From positions 25,026-51,864 of the forward strand of contig NIVC01005080.1 of the NCBI GenBank assembly GCA_002269645.1: DNA of 26,839 nt, given 5' to 3'. The translations under genes were made by a program, and so were the position numbers. The DNA is from Macrostomum lignano. Its lineage: Eukaryota. The stretch's first letter is position 1. Each line of letters starts with the position of its first letter. The notes beneath the pieces were generated by a model. It saw nothing but the letters and a program-made list of their open reading frames with translations. It had not been told where the DNA came from and did not search any database. Shown here piece by piece: positions 1 through 9,346 of this stretch.

Positions 1-863
1 CATTTGCCAACAAGCGAGCTCCCACCATGCTCGCTTCATCCGCAGCGCGGTCCAGAAGCTGCTGGCGAAAGTATCTCCATTTTTGTGTGGCAAAAAACTG
101 CAAAATGCAATCCAGCCAATGCATTTTGCTGGGGAATTTGCGCAGCGCCCTGCTTCTGCCTTGTGAACAAAAATTTAGTAGAAACACGCTGCCAGCAAAG
201 GTGGGAAGCATTCGCTGCCCGCCTGTCCCTGTGGGCTGAAAAAGTTGCCATCATCAATGATGCACTCTGTAGCGAAACGGCCTTCAATTCTGCTAACATT
301 TCCAAGGACGGGGGGACTCTTGAAGTCCTTGAAAAAGTTTCCGATCCGAGGTCTCCTTGCTTCGACGTCCTGGCACGACACACGCGCAGATCAGCACTGG
401 GATTGAGTGGGCTTAAAAAGGTTCAATTGGAAATGTCCCCCTAGAAGAAAATGGCCGTTTCTCTCTTGTCCGCGACCTGGCCGCGGGGATCCGTGGGGGC
501 TTGTGGGCGGAATTCCCAGAAACTTGAACCCGGGCGAGTCGTAGAAGAGCCTTCTTTGCAGGAAAGGGCTTTGAGGCGCTGCAGTGAGCGAGACTGGCGG
601 CCGAGAGCTGCTCCACTGTATCAAATATTTATGCCAGGACGGAGAAGTCGGTCCCTTTTAGCTCGCTTGCATTTCTGCTGCGAGACTTTGAGAATTTTTT
701 ATGCCTGCAAGCTGCAAATTAATCCAGCATCTTGCGCGCTAAGCGCCACCTTGGTCTTGTTTAGAGAAGCCATATTTGCGTGCTGCTAATCTTGGTAAAA
801 TTGAAATGAGATGGAACTCATGTCCTCAATTTCGCGAGCAGATAGGTGGTGGGAATAGTGGAA

Positions 864-869
864 TTTATT
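864..869 (-). promoter_or_regulatory. Candidate polyadenylation signal (AATAAA) of the PDE gene
   Basis: TTTATT on + at 864-869, about 510 bp past the stop, in AT-rich sequence. Supported by position only. Confidence 0.3.
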
Positions 870-1378
870 TCTACTTTTATACTACTGCTATAAGTATTTA
901 TAGCGGTTCCAATAAATGACGACGCGAGTTAAAATGTTCGCATATCGTAGGTAGTGAGTAGTAAAGTAGACACTAAACAGTCAACTTCTGCGATAGCGCG
1001 ATAATATGAGTAATCGATAGAGACCGCCGTCAATAAACTGGGAATTCTCATTCCTGCAGCTGTGGCAGGCCGGCAAGCTTGCAGCGGAGGGCAGAGGCGA
1101 GTCACTCTCGTCTCGTACATTGCTTTCTGAACAGTTTTTGTTCGTACACGTCTAGGCAAAACAGATATTTTGCATCTCTTATCTTGGTAGTGCGCTGTCT
1201 AATTTCGACGCTGTAAAATTTCAACGCCATTCAGAATTCAAGGATTCCCTTTTAAGCAGCGTCTCTTGTGAAGCACGGCTCAAAAACTACTTAACAAGAT
1301 ATACTCGTAGTTTGAGTTTGAGTCTGCAATGAGTCATAATAATACTCGTGGATTATCGGCAATTCTGACAGGTTAAAA

Positions 1379-1714
1379 TTAATGCCATGCACTCAATTCA
1401 AATCGCGCTCCTAACAGTAACCCGCACATTCTGGTCGTCGAGCAGCTCGCGAGCATCTGGTTGAGCTCCAAAGGGCTGAGCAGGTCAGCGCGGGGCCCAA
1501 GTAGTTGATAATCTTCTTCTTGTTCATGGAGTTCAGCATTGCGCCACAGCTGCAGATTCTGCTCCACCGTCTGCTGGATGGCCCTGCTGCTCTCCGTGGC
1601 CTCCACCTGCGCGTAGACCTGGATCAGCGGCAGCACGAAAATTGTGATGAAGTTCACCTGCACTTGTGGCACCTGGGTGTCGCGCTTGAGGCTGGCTGGA
1701 ATGCAAAATTGTTC
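1379..1714 (-). CDS. PDE7: PDE7-like cyclic-nucleotide phosphodiesterase, last coding exon (M-loop, invariant Gln/Phe clamp, C-terminus)
   Basis: Acceptor gcctgcag|GAA at 1715/1714, phase 0. Reads EQFCIPASLKRDTQVPQVQVNFITIFVLPL...NLQLW, matching the PDE pattern Q-x-x-F-I-x-x-x-V-x-P-L. Stop TAA at 1381-1379; a further 3' intron cannot be excluded. Confidence 0.82.
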   Translation of the reverse strand, partial: EQFCIPASLKRDTQVPQVQVNFITIFVLPLIQVYAQVEATESSRAIQQTVEQNLQLWRNAELHEQEEDYQLLGPRADLLSPLELNQMLASCSTTRMCGLLLGARFELSAWH

Positions 1715-1743
1715 CTGCAGGCACAATTTCTGCTTAATCAAAA

Positions 1744-2190
1744 CTCGTATCTAACAGCTGCTGTCTATATCTAACAGCTACCGCTCATATCTAACAGCTG
1801 CCGCTCGTATCTAACAGCTGCCACTCATATCTAACAGCTGCCGCTCATATCTAACAGCTGCTGCTCATATCTAACAGCTGCTGCTCGTATCTAACAGCTG
1901 CCGCTCATATCTAACAGCTGCCGCTCATATCTAACAGCTGCTGCTCATATCTAACAGCTGCTGCTCGTATCTAACAGCTGCTGCTCATAACAGCTGCTGC
2001 TCGTATCTAACAGCAGCCCTCATATCTAACAGCTGCCGCTCATATCTAACAGCAGCCGCTCATATCTAACAGCTGCCGCTCATATCTAACAGCTGCCGCT
2101 CATATCTAACAGCAGCCGCTCATATCTAACAGCTGCCGCTCATGTCTAACAGCTGCGCTCATATCTAACAGGTTGACGCTCATATCTAAC
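1744..2190. repeat. 20-bp minisatellite (ATCTAACAGCTGCCGCTCAT), about 22 copies, PDE intron
   Basis: Tandem units visible directly, with minor variants. An isolated partial copy lies near 2232-2246. Confidence 0.97.
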
Positions 2191-2368
2191 CGGGACATGC
2201 TAATTCTATCCAACCAAATCTAATAGGTGATCATATCTAACAGCTGTACAACAGGTGCAATTCTGCCCTAGCTGACAACCTCAGTTGTTCTGCTGTCCCA
2301 AACGAACCTGTGAAAACGCCCTGCACTTTCAGCAAGTCCTCCGAGCTCATAAACCGCTGCCGGCAGAC

Positions 2369-2581
2369 GTTCTCCAGGTCGCCCTGTCGGTAGAACTCCT
2401 GGCAGACCAGCTCCGCCCAGGCGCTGCAGATCGGCCACTCGCGGAACGGATTCCCGATGTCCGCGCACTTGATGATCAGCTCCAGCAGGTCCATCTTCAC
2501 CGTGCCCTTGTGGCCGCGGTTTGGCTCGCTGTTGCTGCCGCTGTCCGCCTGCCTGGCCTCCTCAGCCCGCAGCAGGTCCGC
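2369..2581 (-). CDS. PDE7: PDE7-like phosphodiesterase exon (KCAD metal-binding Asp, EFYRQGD helix)
   Basis: Acceptor ctcggcag|GCG at 2582/2581, phase 0. LIIKCADIGNPFREWPICSAWAELVCQEFYRQGDLEN resembles PDE7B KCADICNPCRIW...VCEEFYRQGELE (recalled sequence). The donor AAC|GTCTGC at 2368 is weak but gives the phase and spacing needed. Confidence 0.88.
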
Positions 2582-2635
2582 CTGCCGAGTCGGCCAGGTG
2601 AAAATTTTCTTAAGTTTGCAGTCCTGCTGCTTATA

Positions 2636-3383
2636 ATGCATTTCTAGACCTCCGCTCGCTGATTGGCTGGTTGCTGCTGCCTACTCCAACATGCATTTCT
2701 AGCCCTCGGCTCGCTGATTGGCTGGTTGCTGCTGCCTACTCCAACATGCATTTCTAGACCTCGGCTCGCTGATTGGCTGGTTGCTGCTGCCTACTCCAAC
2801 ATGCATTTCTAGCCCTCGGCTCGCTGATTGGCTGGTTGCTGCTCCCTACTCCAACATGCATTTCTAGCCCTCGGCTCGCGGATTGGCTGGTTGCTGCTCC
2901 CTACTCCAACATGCATTTCTAGACCTCGCTCGCTGATTGGCTGGTTGCTGCTCCCTACTCCAACATGCATTTCTAGCCCTCGGCTCGCTGATTGGCTGGT
3001 TGCTGCTGCCTACTCCAACATGCATTTCTAGCCCTCGGCTCGCTGATTGGCTGGTTGCTGCTGCCTACTCCAACATGCATTTCTAGCCCTCGGCTCGCTG
3101 ATTGGCTGGTTGCTGCTCCCTACTCCAAAATGCATTTCTAGCCCTCGGCTCGCGGATTGGCTGGTTGCTGCTGCCTACTCCAACATGCATTTCTAGACCT
3201 CGCTCGCTGATTGGCTGGTTGCTGCTGCCTACTCCAACATGCATTTCTAGCCCTCGGCTCGCTGATTGGCTGGTTGCTGCTGCCTACTCCAACATGCATT
3301 TCTAGCCCTCGGCTCGGATTGGCTGGTTGCTGCTGCCTACTCCAACATGCATTTCTAGCCCTCGGCTCGCGGATTGGCTGGTT
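2636..3383. repeat. 55-bp minisatellite (CTAGCCCTCGGCTCGCTGATTGGCTGGTTGCTGCTGCCTACTCCAACATGCATTT), about 13.5 copies, PDE intron
   Basis: CTAG anchors at 2644 and 2699 give a period of 55. Units are near-identical. Confidence 0.97.
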
Positions 3384-3443
3384 CCCTGAACAGTTTTAAA
3401 TTTATCTATTCAATATCGAAATCAGAAAAATTCTCAGACCCAC

Positions 3444-3640
3444 CTGGAACTTCTCCACCAGACTCTTATGCCTGTCCATGTCCGTGGCGTTTATGAGGTC
3501 GGACATGAGCTGGACGGTTGCCATGCGCTGCTGTTCGGTGAGCTTAAGCGTCTCCATCAGGCCGGACTGGAGGAGCAGCGAGCAGCCCATGCGGGTGTGG
3601 TGGTTCTCCAGAGTGAACTGGATGTCACCTTTGGAATCGT
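3444..3640 (-). CDS. PDE7: PDE7-like phosphodiesterase exon (LENHH and ATD motifs)
   Basis: Acceptor cctcccag|AC at 3641/3640 completes the phase-1 G of the previous exon (GAC). Reads DDSKGDIQFTLENHH...LINATDMDRH...FQ. Donor CAG|GTGGGT at 3443. Confidence 0.9.
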
Positions 3641-4065
3641 CTGGGAGGCGCGGAGGCGCGGGACAGCAGGTGAGAGCCAGTGCACGCACACGCAATTTCA
3701 TAAAAATTCACAATATGACATAAATGCTGGCTTCGCAGATTTACACCAAGTTTCAACAAGTCAGCAGCAAGCGGCACCGGAGCTCTGAAGATTTCTATTG
3801 TAGTATCACACAGCACAGCACTGCCGCTCTTCGCCCCAAACCAGAGCCTTGCTGAGCCAGACCAAGCCGGGGCTACTCTACTAAGCTCAAATTTTTACAT
3901 CGTGGGAAACTTGTGCTGGCTGAGAACACGATTTCAACGATGTCGATAACTGTCAAGCACCTATTTTTATATTTCAATTTTGTTGCTACGGCATTGTTAA
4001 ACGGAATATAGAGTACACCTGACCTGCTGCTGCTAGCGCGCCACAAATAAAATGCAGCCTCCTAC

Positions 4066-4600
4066 CTTTCCTCAGCTCGCGGAAGCGGTCGTTATACGCC
4101 TTGAAGAAATGGTCGTGATTGAACAGGCACAGGTACTTTGTAGTGCAGCCCGGGTGGCCCACATCGTGGCACAGCGCGGCCAGCAGGGTGGTGAACACCT
4201 CCAGCTTGTTGAGGTGGAACTTGTGCTGAATGCCCGGCTGCTGCAGCATCACGTAGAAGGCCTGGGTGACGTCGATGGCGTGCAGCTGGTTGTGGTAGGG
4301 GTTGCGGTACTGGTACAGCCCCGCCGTGCGCTGCAGCAGCCAGGCGCAGATCACGGGGTCCATGCACAGGCTGCCGGCCTGGAAGAAGCCGCAGCGGTCG
4401 AACAGGAACATGCCGAACTGGTGCATCGGCTGCTCCACCAAGCGGTCCAGGGCGAACACGTCGAAGCGGCATGGCGAGTCGATCTGGCGCCGCAGCAGCA
4501 GCTCGGCCGAGCCGAAGTACGAGGCATCCAGCACGCCCAGCTGGTCCACGGGGCGGCGGTAGCCGTCCTCCTGCAGGCGGACCTCCACCTGCACGTTCAT
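4066..4600 (-). CDS. PDE7: PDE7-like phosphodiesterase, first visible coding exon (HD-domain signature)
   Basis: NPYHNQLHAIDVTQ and LCHDVGHPG are the class I PDE signature. LGVLDASYFGSAELLL...FDVFALDRL aligns with PDE7A LNILDDDYNGQAKCML...FDIFLFDRL (recalled). Donor AAAG|GTAGG at 4065, phase 1. The true start may lie further 5' (see findings). Confidence 0.9.
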
Positions 4601-5103
4601 GGAGCGCGGTTCACGTGGAAGGTCTGGTGAGAGCGCGGCTTCAGCAGGCGGCAGCGGCTGCTGGAGCGGGCCTGGCTGCAGTCGGCGCCAAGCGGCATCG
4701 CGAAGAGAAATCGGCAGATACTCGCGGCTTCGAATGGTTAAAATACTCGAGTGAATTATTTGGTACTTTTATTGCTTAACAAAATCTGGGGCGCAGAGGC
4801 CGTCGGCTTTACAAGCAAAAGATTGACTCTGGGCCATAGATGCAGCGCTTCAGACTCCAGCTTCAGATTTATCCCCCACTTTTTATTTTCATTCATTTCA
4901 GCCATTCATTTATTTCCGGGCCAGATAAATGACGCAACTTTTGACATAGACATGTATTTTGAGTTACAAATGAACGAGCAGCAAACGATGGAACGAGCAA
5001 TGTTTTGAACAAAAACGGATATTAAGTCTAATTAGATGTCATTGAAATGTATATAAACGCTTATTGTTGTTAATCGAAGTTAATTAAATTAATTAATTAA
5101 TGA

Positions 5104-5420
5104 TCAATCAAAGTGGATGCTGATTCTGTTAGTCTCACCGCATATTTCTAGTCGCATCTTCTTTTTGGGGGTCGCAGTGTCAACGGCAGACGTTGAGACG
5201 GCATCAGGAGGAGCTGTAGGCGCAGGTGTTGTTGTCGCTACTCCAGACGTTATCCTGAGCGGCTCGCTGATCATTCTCTGTTGGTTTACGGACACTCCAA
5301 TGTACTTCTCCACGGCGATGCCCCGTTACACGGCATATATCGGCGCGCTGCATGCCGGATTCCCTGCAGCCGGGTGGCGCATGTCTTTCTCAAGCTTTGG
5401 TTGGTGTATCGAGCCGTGTC
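5104..5420 (-). mobile_element. Decayed Crypton-type (DUF3504-like) tyrosine recombinase, C-terminal catalytic fragment
   Basis: Three successive minus-strand frames read RYTNQSLRKTCATRL / ESGMQRADICRVTGHR / VEKYIGVSVNQQRMISEPL. This follows the pattern YTNHSLRxTxATRL...TGH(R/K)S...Y-xxx-S-xx-Q-xxxx-S-xx-L. The fragment has frameshifts, a short deletion and Gln in place of His. Confidence 0.72.
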
Positions 5421-5548
5421 ATTAGGAGCTCTTATCGTCTCTCCTCTTGCATCTTTGCCGTCTCCCTTCTCTTTTTTCTCTTTCCTTCTCGTTTTTTACC
5501 ATAGACTACAGACTTTGGCGCCGTCAGCCAAGCGAGGGATAAATAGAG

Positions 5549-5687
5549 TATTACCCCTATGGATTCATTTAATTTGGGCCTCAAGAGTGACCTCGGGCTG
5601 CATTTCTATGGCCTCGGCTTCGCCTCGGCCAATAAATGCAGCCTCGGTCACTCTATCAGCTAAATAAATAAATCCATAGGGGTAATA
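5549..5687. mobile_element. 139-bp palindromic element (MITE-like or transposon terminus)
   Basis: Outer arms TATTACCCCTATGGATT...AATCCATAGGGGTAATA (about 26 bp, 2 mismatches). Inner arms AGAGTGACC..GGCTGCATTT / AAATGCAGCC..GGTCACTCT. Centre CCTCGGCTTCGCCTCGG. The outermost TA could be a target-site duplication. Confidence 0.75.
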
Positions 5688-6011
5688 CCATTTACTTGGC
5701 TAAGGCTAAGGCGAAGAACTGCTGCCCTGGAACTGGTTATTCGGATCTCTAATTAAGCCGCCCGTAGAAATAGGGAGCCGAACCGCGGCCACAAGGACAC
5801 GGTGAAGATGCCCGGTGGTGCTGCCCACAGCCGGCTGACGCTGCCGACACCCTACCAGCCAGGACAGGCGAAGTCTTTCCTCTGCCCTGCGTGTTTTGCT
5901 GTTCTACCTGACTTCCAACTTTCATTCTCATCGCGGACTCCTCATTTTCGTTTTGCAAGCGTCCGTCGGCAGGATATGCGTGGAAGCCGCTTGACTCGGC
6001 CTCGTGGTCCA

Positions 6012-6490
6012 AGAGAGAGAGAGAGAGAGAGAGAGGTTTCAATTCTGTGTAGCACAATAGTACCTGGGTTCGAATCCGCGTACAGCCACGTTTATTTAGG
6101 ACTCAAGTTTTACGTTGTGGCCCATGAGCTCTTTAGTCACAGCGTGGACGATGAGATGAATAAAGTCAGGGCCGCTGTACACCCCGTATGATTTTTGCCT
6201 GCGTACGCATCTGTGTGAGCTTGCATGCGCAGGGCCGAGTAACAATAGCAATTGATCAACCTGCTTATGGACAGCTCCGCATCTGAAGGCTTCGTACGGC
6301 TGTTCAGTCCAAGGACTGGGAGGGGGGCAATTGCCCCAGTTAATGCTGGCACCCATTTTACATCCACTGGGTGAACTGAAGCAATGCAGAGTTAAGTGCC
6401 TTGCTCAACGACACAGATTGTTCCGAGTAAGATCAAGAATCGAACCCCCGCCCTTTCATCCCACTGCAGAGGTGGCAGGCGTGGGTGAGA
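6012..6490 (-). mobile_element. tRNA-derived SINE with CORE-like domain and (CT)n tail
   Basis: Minus strand: B box GGTTCGATTC (6446-6437), then TGTGTCGTTGAGCAAGGCACTTAACTC...CAGTT...TGTAAAATGGG (6415-6352), which aligns with the MIR CORE sequence TGTGTGACCTTGGGCAAGTCACTTAACCTC...CAGTTT...TGTAAAATGGG (recalled). The (GA)n at 6012-6033 would be the tail. The A box is degenerate and the boundaries are approximate. Confidence 0.65.
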
Positions 6491-9017
6491 TGGGAATGGC
6501 TTCGAGACTAACTAACAAATGCATATAAAATAAACCGACTGGCCTACTAAAAGTAGAACTCCTTGCCGTGTAAATTTTTGATCAATTGAAAGACAAGAAA
6601 AGCCTCGCCCAGGGATCCCCAGCCTCTTTTCTGCAGGCGGCCCGGCCTCATCAAGCCGCCGGCCGGCACGCGGCGAGCTTTCAACACAAAGGCCGTCTCG
6701 TCGCTCAAAGCGTCGATTCGGGCGGCATTTCCCCGGCGCAAGAGCTGATGAAGCCACTTTGCCGAGCCGCTGCCGCCGGCCGCGGGCCGCTCCGCCCTCT
6801 CTGTCATCGGCCGGGGCTCTTCATGGGACAGGGAGGGCCGGCCGATGACAGAGAGGCGGCGCAGTGGCTCGCGGCCGGGTCGATTTTCTCGCTCGATAAG
6901 TGCCGCCGGGGCTCGAGTCTTTGGGCCAGGCTGAGCTTCTCCCGTTTTTGCTGAGTAAATTAGTCCAATTTCCACTGTTGCTCATCCACCTTTTTGCTTT
7001 CTGTTTGAGGCCTCCCATTGCCGCTCGTGGCAGATGGCTGAGCATCTGAGGCTGCTGCTTCATCTTTTTTGCTCAATCTTACAATCCACAACTAGAATAG
7101 CTGAAGGTTCTGACAGGCTGGTCCAGGTCGCTTCCGGCCAAGTGGGAGCCAATCTGGCCCCAGCGATCAGCAGCGGCCCCTCGCCTCTTCATCAACTGCG
7201 GTCTCAGGTTTCCAGCCTCCCTCCTGGTGTCCGATTCTCAGCTGCCTCATCCCACTCTGCTTGTCGGAGTCCGAAACAATAACTCGCTGTCATTGCGTTG
7301 GCATAGCAACTGGGGGAAGCTTTGACATTAATCGAGCATTAACTAGAAAATACTCTCAGGCCGTATCGGGCATTAAGTTGCCTTTTCCCCGTTCCAGTCA
7401 ACCCCACGGCCCCTCCTTCTAGGAGAAGAAAGCCGGCAGCTCCCACACGGCCGGTTTATGGCAGGCGGTGGATCTGCCGCCGCCCCCCAGCCCCCCGATG
7501 AAAAAGATGCCGATGGCTTTCGAATCCGCCATTTACACGCCTTAGAATAACAAACGAATTATCGGTGACACGGCCCGCCCCCCGCGGGGGAGGTCGCGCG
7601 GGGGCGGCGCCGGCGCCGGGATTCCTGGGAGTGGGGGGGAGGGGGCGAAAATGTGGCATGGAGACCGCGGCACCGGGATCCGGACTGGCCGGGTTTCTGC
7701 GCTGCCTTTAACTGAAGCTGTCACGGCCAAGTTTGCTCTCAGTAGTCTGAACGCGTTTTTAAACACGAAACAGTGGCTACATGGAGGCTGGGAAGTGTTC
7801 TTTTATTTTTGAGCTAGATGGATTTTCTGACGGACTTTCTGATCCATTTATTGCAATAGTTCAAGGATCTAGCATGTGGGGGCTCGGGGACAAGAAGATA
7901 TTGCTAATTGCCAAGCTTATGGTGCCATGTTGGAGATTTTTCTCAGGTTCCCTCAGTGTAGTTGAGCAAAAATCTCAAATCCCCCCCGGTGTCGTGGAGC
8001 TGTCACTCCAGACTGCAGCCCGGGTCTCCTTGACCCCCCCCCCCAGCCTTAATTGCCCAGGCGACAACTTGACTGGCCGGGCTGAGGGCGGCCCGCTGGA
8101 AACACATTCCAGGCAGCGCCGCTGCCGCCGCCCCAAGCAGCCACCGTATACCGGATTTCAGATACCTTTCGGTCGCCTGGTTTTTGACAACCTCCTGCCC
8201 CCCTCATGCAGTCTGAAATCCCCCCTCCTTCATCCGCAGCTTCCCCGGGGATAAACAACTGGCCTGGCCGGAGTTGCGCTTCTTTGCGAACACGAGAAAT
8301 TCTTTGGCGGCTTTTGAAGACTCTGGCGCCATCGAATGACAAATATTTTGGAGGGGCCGGCAAGTCGGCGGCTGCGTGGCGGGATTTCGGAGCTGATTGA
8401 ACACCCCGTCTGATGGCCGGTGCTGGCCGGGACTGGCTGGAGATGATGAGGAGAACCGGAAGAAGAGAAGTGACAGAGGAGTGACAGATGCTTTACAGGA
8501 GTGACAGTGGGGGCACAGAGGGGTAGCAGAGGGGTGACAGATCCGTGACATAAGAGGGTGACAAACAGGGAGGGTGACAGAGTGACTGAAGCAGAGTGAG
8601 CAGTGAACAATATCTTCCATTAAAAAATGGCAGCTTTGCAGGCAGATTTAGGGAAGACGCAGCAGTGAGTGGAACTGACCGGATCTGAGAGACCCGCGAG
8701 CTGACGGTCAGCGGCCTGTCGCGCCGGCAGTTTTGCATGCTGCAAATCCTCTGGGTGAATGCTGGGGACCTGCAGGCCGTCAGTTCCCTGGAAATCCCTG
8801 TCAGCGGGAGCTCCGGCTGCATCAGGGTGGAGGGATTTCACTATATTTTTAATCCTGCTGAGCTCTTTATAACCTCTGGCAGCTGGTGATGAGGCACTCA
8901 TTTAGATAACTGAGCGCTCGGCTCGCATTTCCCGCTGCTTTCTCGCCAATCCCCATCGCCAGCTTCTCCTGCATCACGCCGGTCGCCCGAAATGCTTTAT
9001 CATCTGCGCCCTGGCAG

Positions 9018-9062
9018 CCCCGGAGACCCCGGAGACCCCGGAGACCTCGGAGACCTCGGAGA
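9018..9062. repeat. Short 9-bp tandem repeat (CCGGAGACC / TCGGAGACC), about 5 copies
   Basis: Visible directly. Confidence 0.8.
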
Positions 9063-9346
9063 GTTGTAAATTCTGGCGCCGGCGGCTGCGCGCGAGAATT
9101 TTATGGCGACGCGGAGGGCGAGGAAAAACCGCTGAGCAGTGGATGAGCGCGCCGGGCCTCCGGGACTCGGCCGGGGGATCAGTGGCGGGGCGGGGAGGCG
9201 ATGAGATGATGGAGGGGAGATTAGCGCTATGGGGAGGACGTGCGGGTTGTAAATGAAATGCAGAACAACTTCGAGCAACAGGGGAACTTGAAGCATGCTG
9301 AGTGTGCTCTCCGCATTTGGCTCGTATGTCCGCCTTAATGTCTTAA

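Noticed and set aside
4-789. ORFs 4-444 and 451-789 (+) at the window start
   Set aside because: No recognisable domain, they start at alternative codons, and there is no consistent splice structure. They cannot be supported as genes.
884-907. 10-bp hairpin ACTGCTATAA-gtat-TTATAGCGGT as a possible Helitron/Helentron end
   Set aside because: No matching terminal motif or partner repeat is visible, and short AT-rich hairpins arise by chance.
6047-6077. A-box-like and B-box motifs as a tRNA gene
   Set aside because: Only about 6 bp lie between the boxes, with no anticodon arm or acceptor stem. Treated as part of the SINE.
6547-8900. GC-rich ORFs as further 5' exons of the PDE gene
   Set aside because: Frames are interrupted by stops, there is no PDE7 N-terminal similarity that I can recognise, and no convincing donor/acceptor pair.
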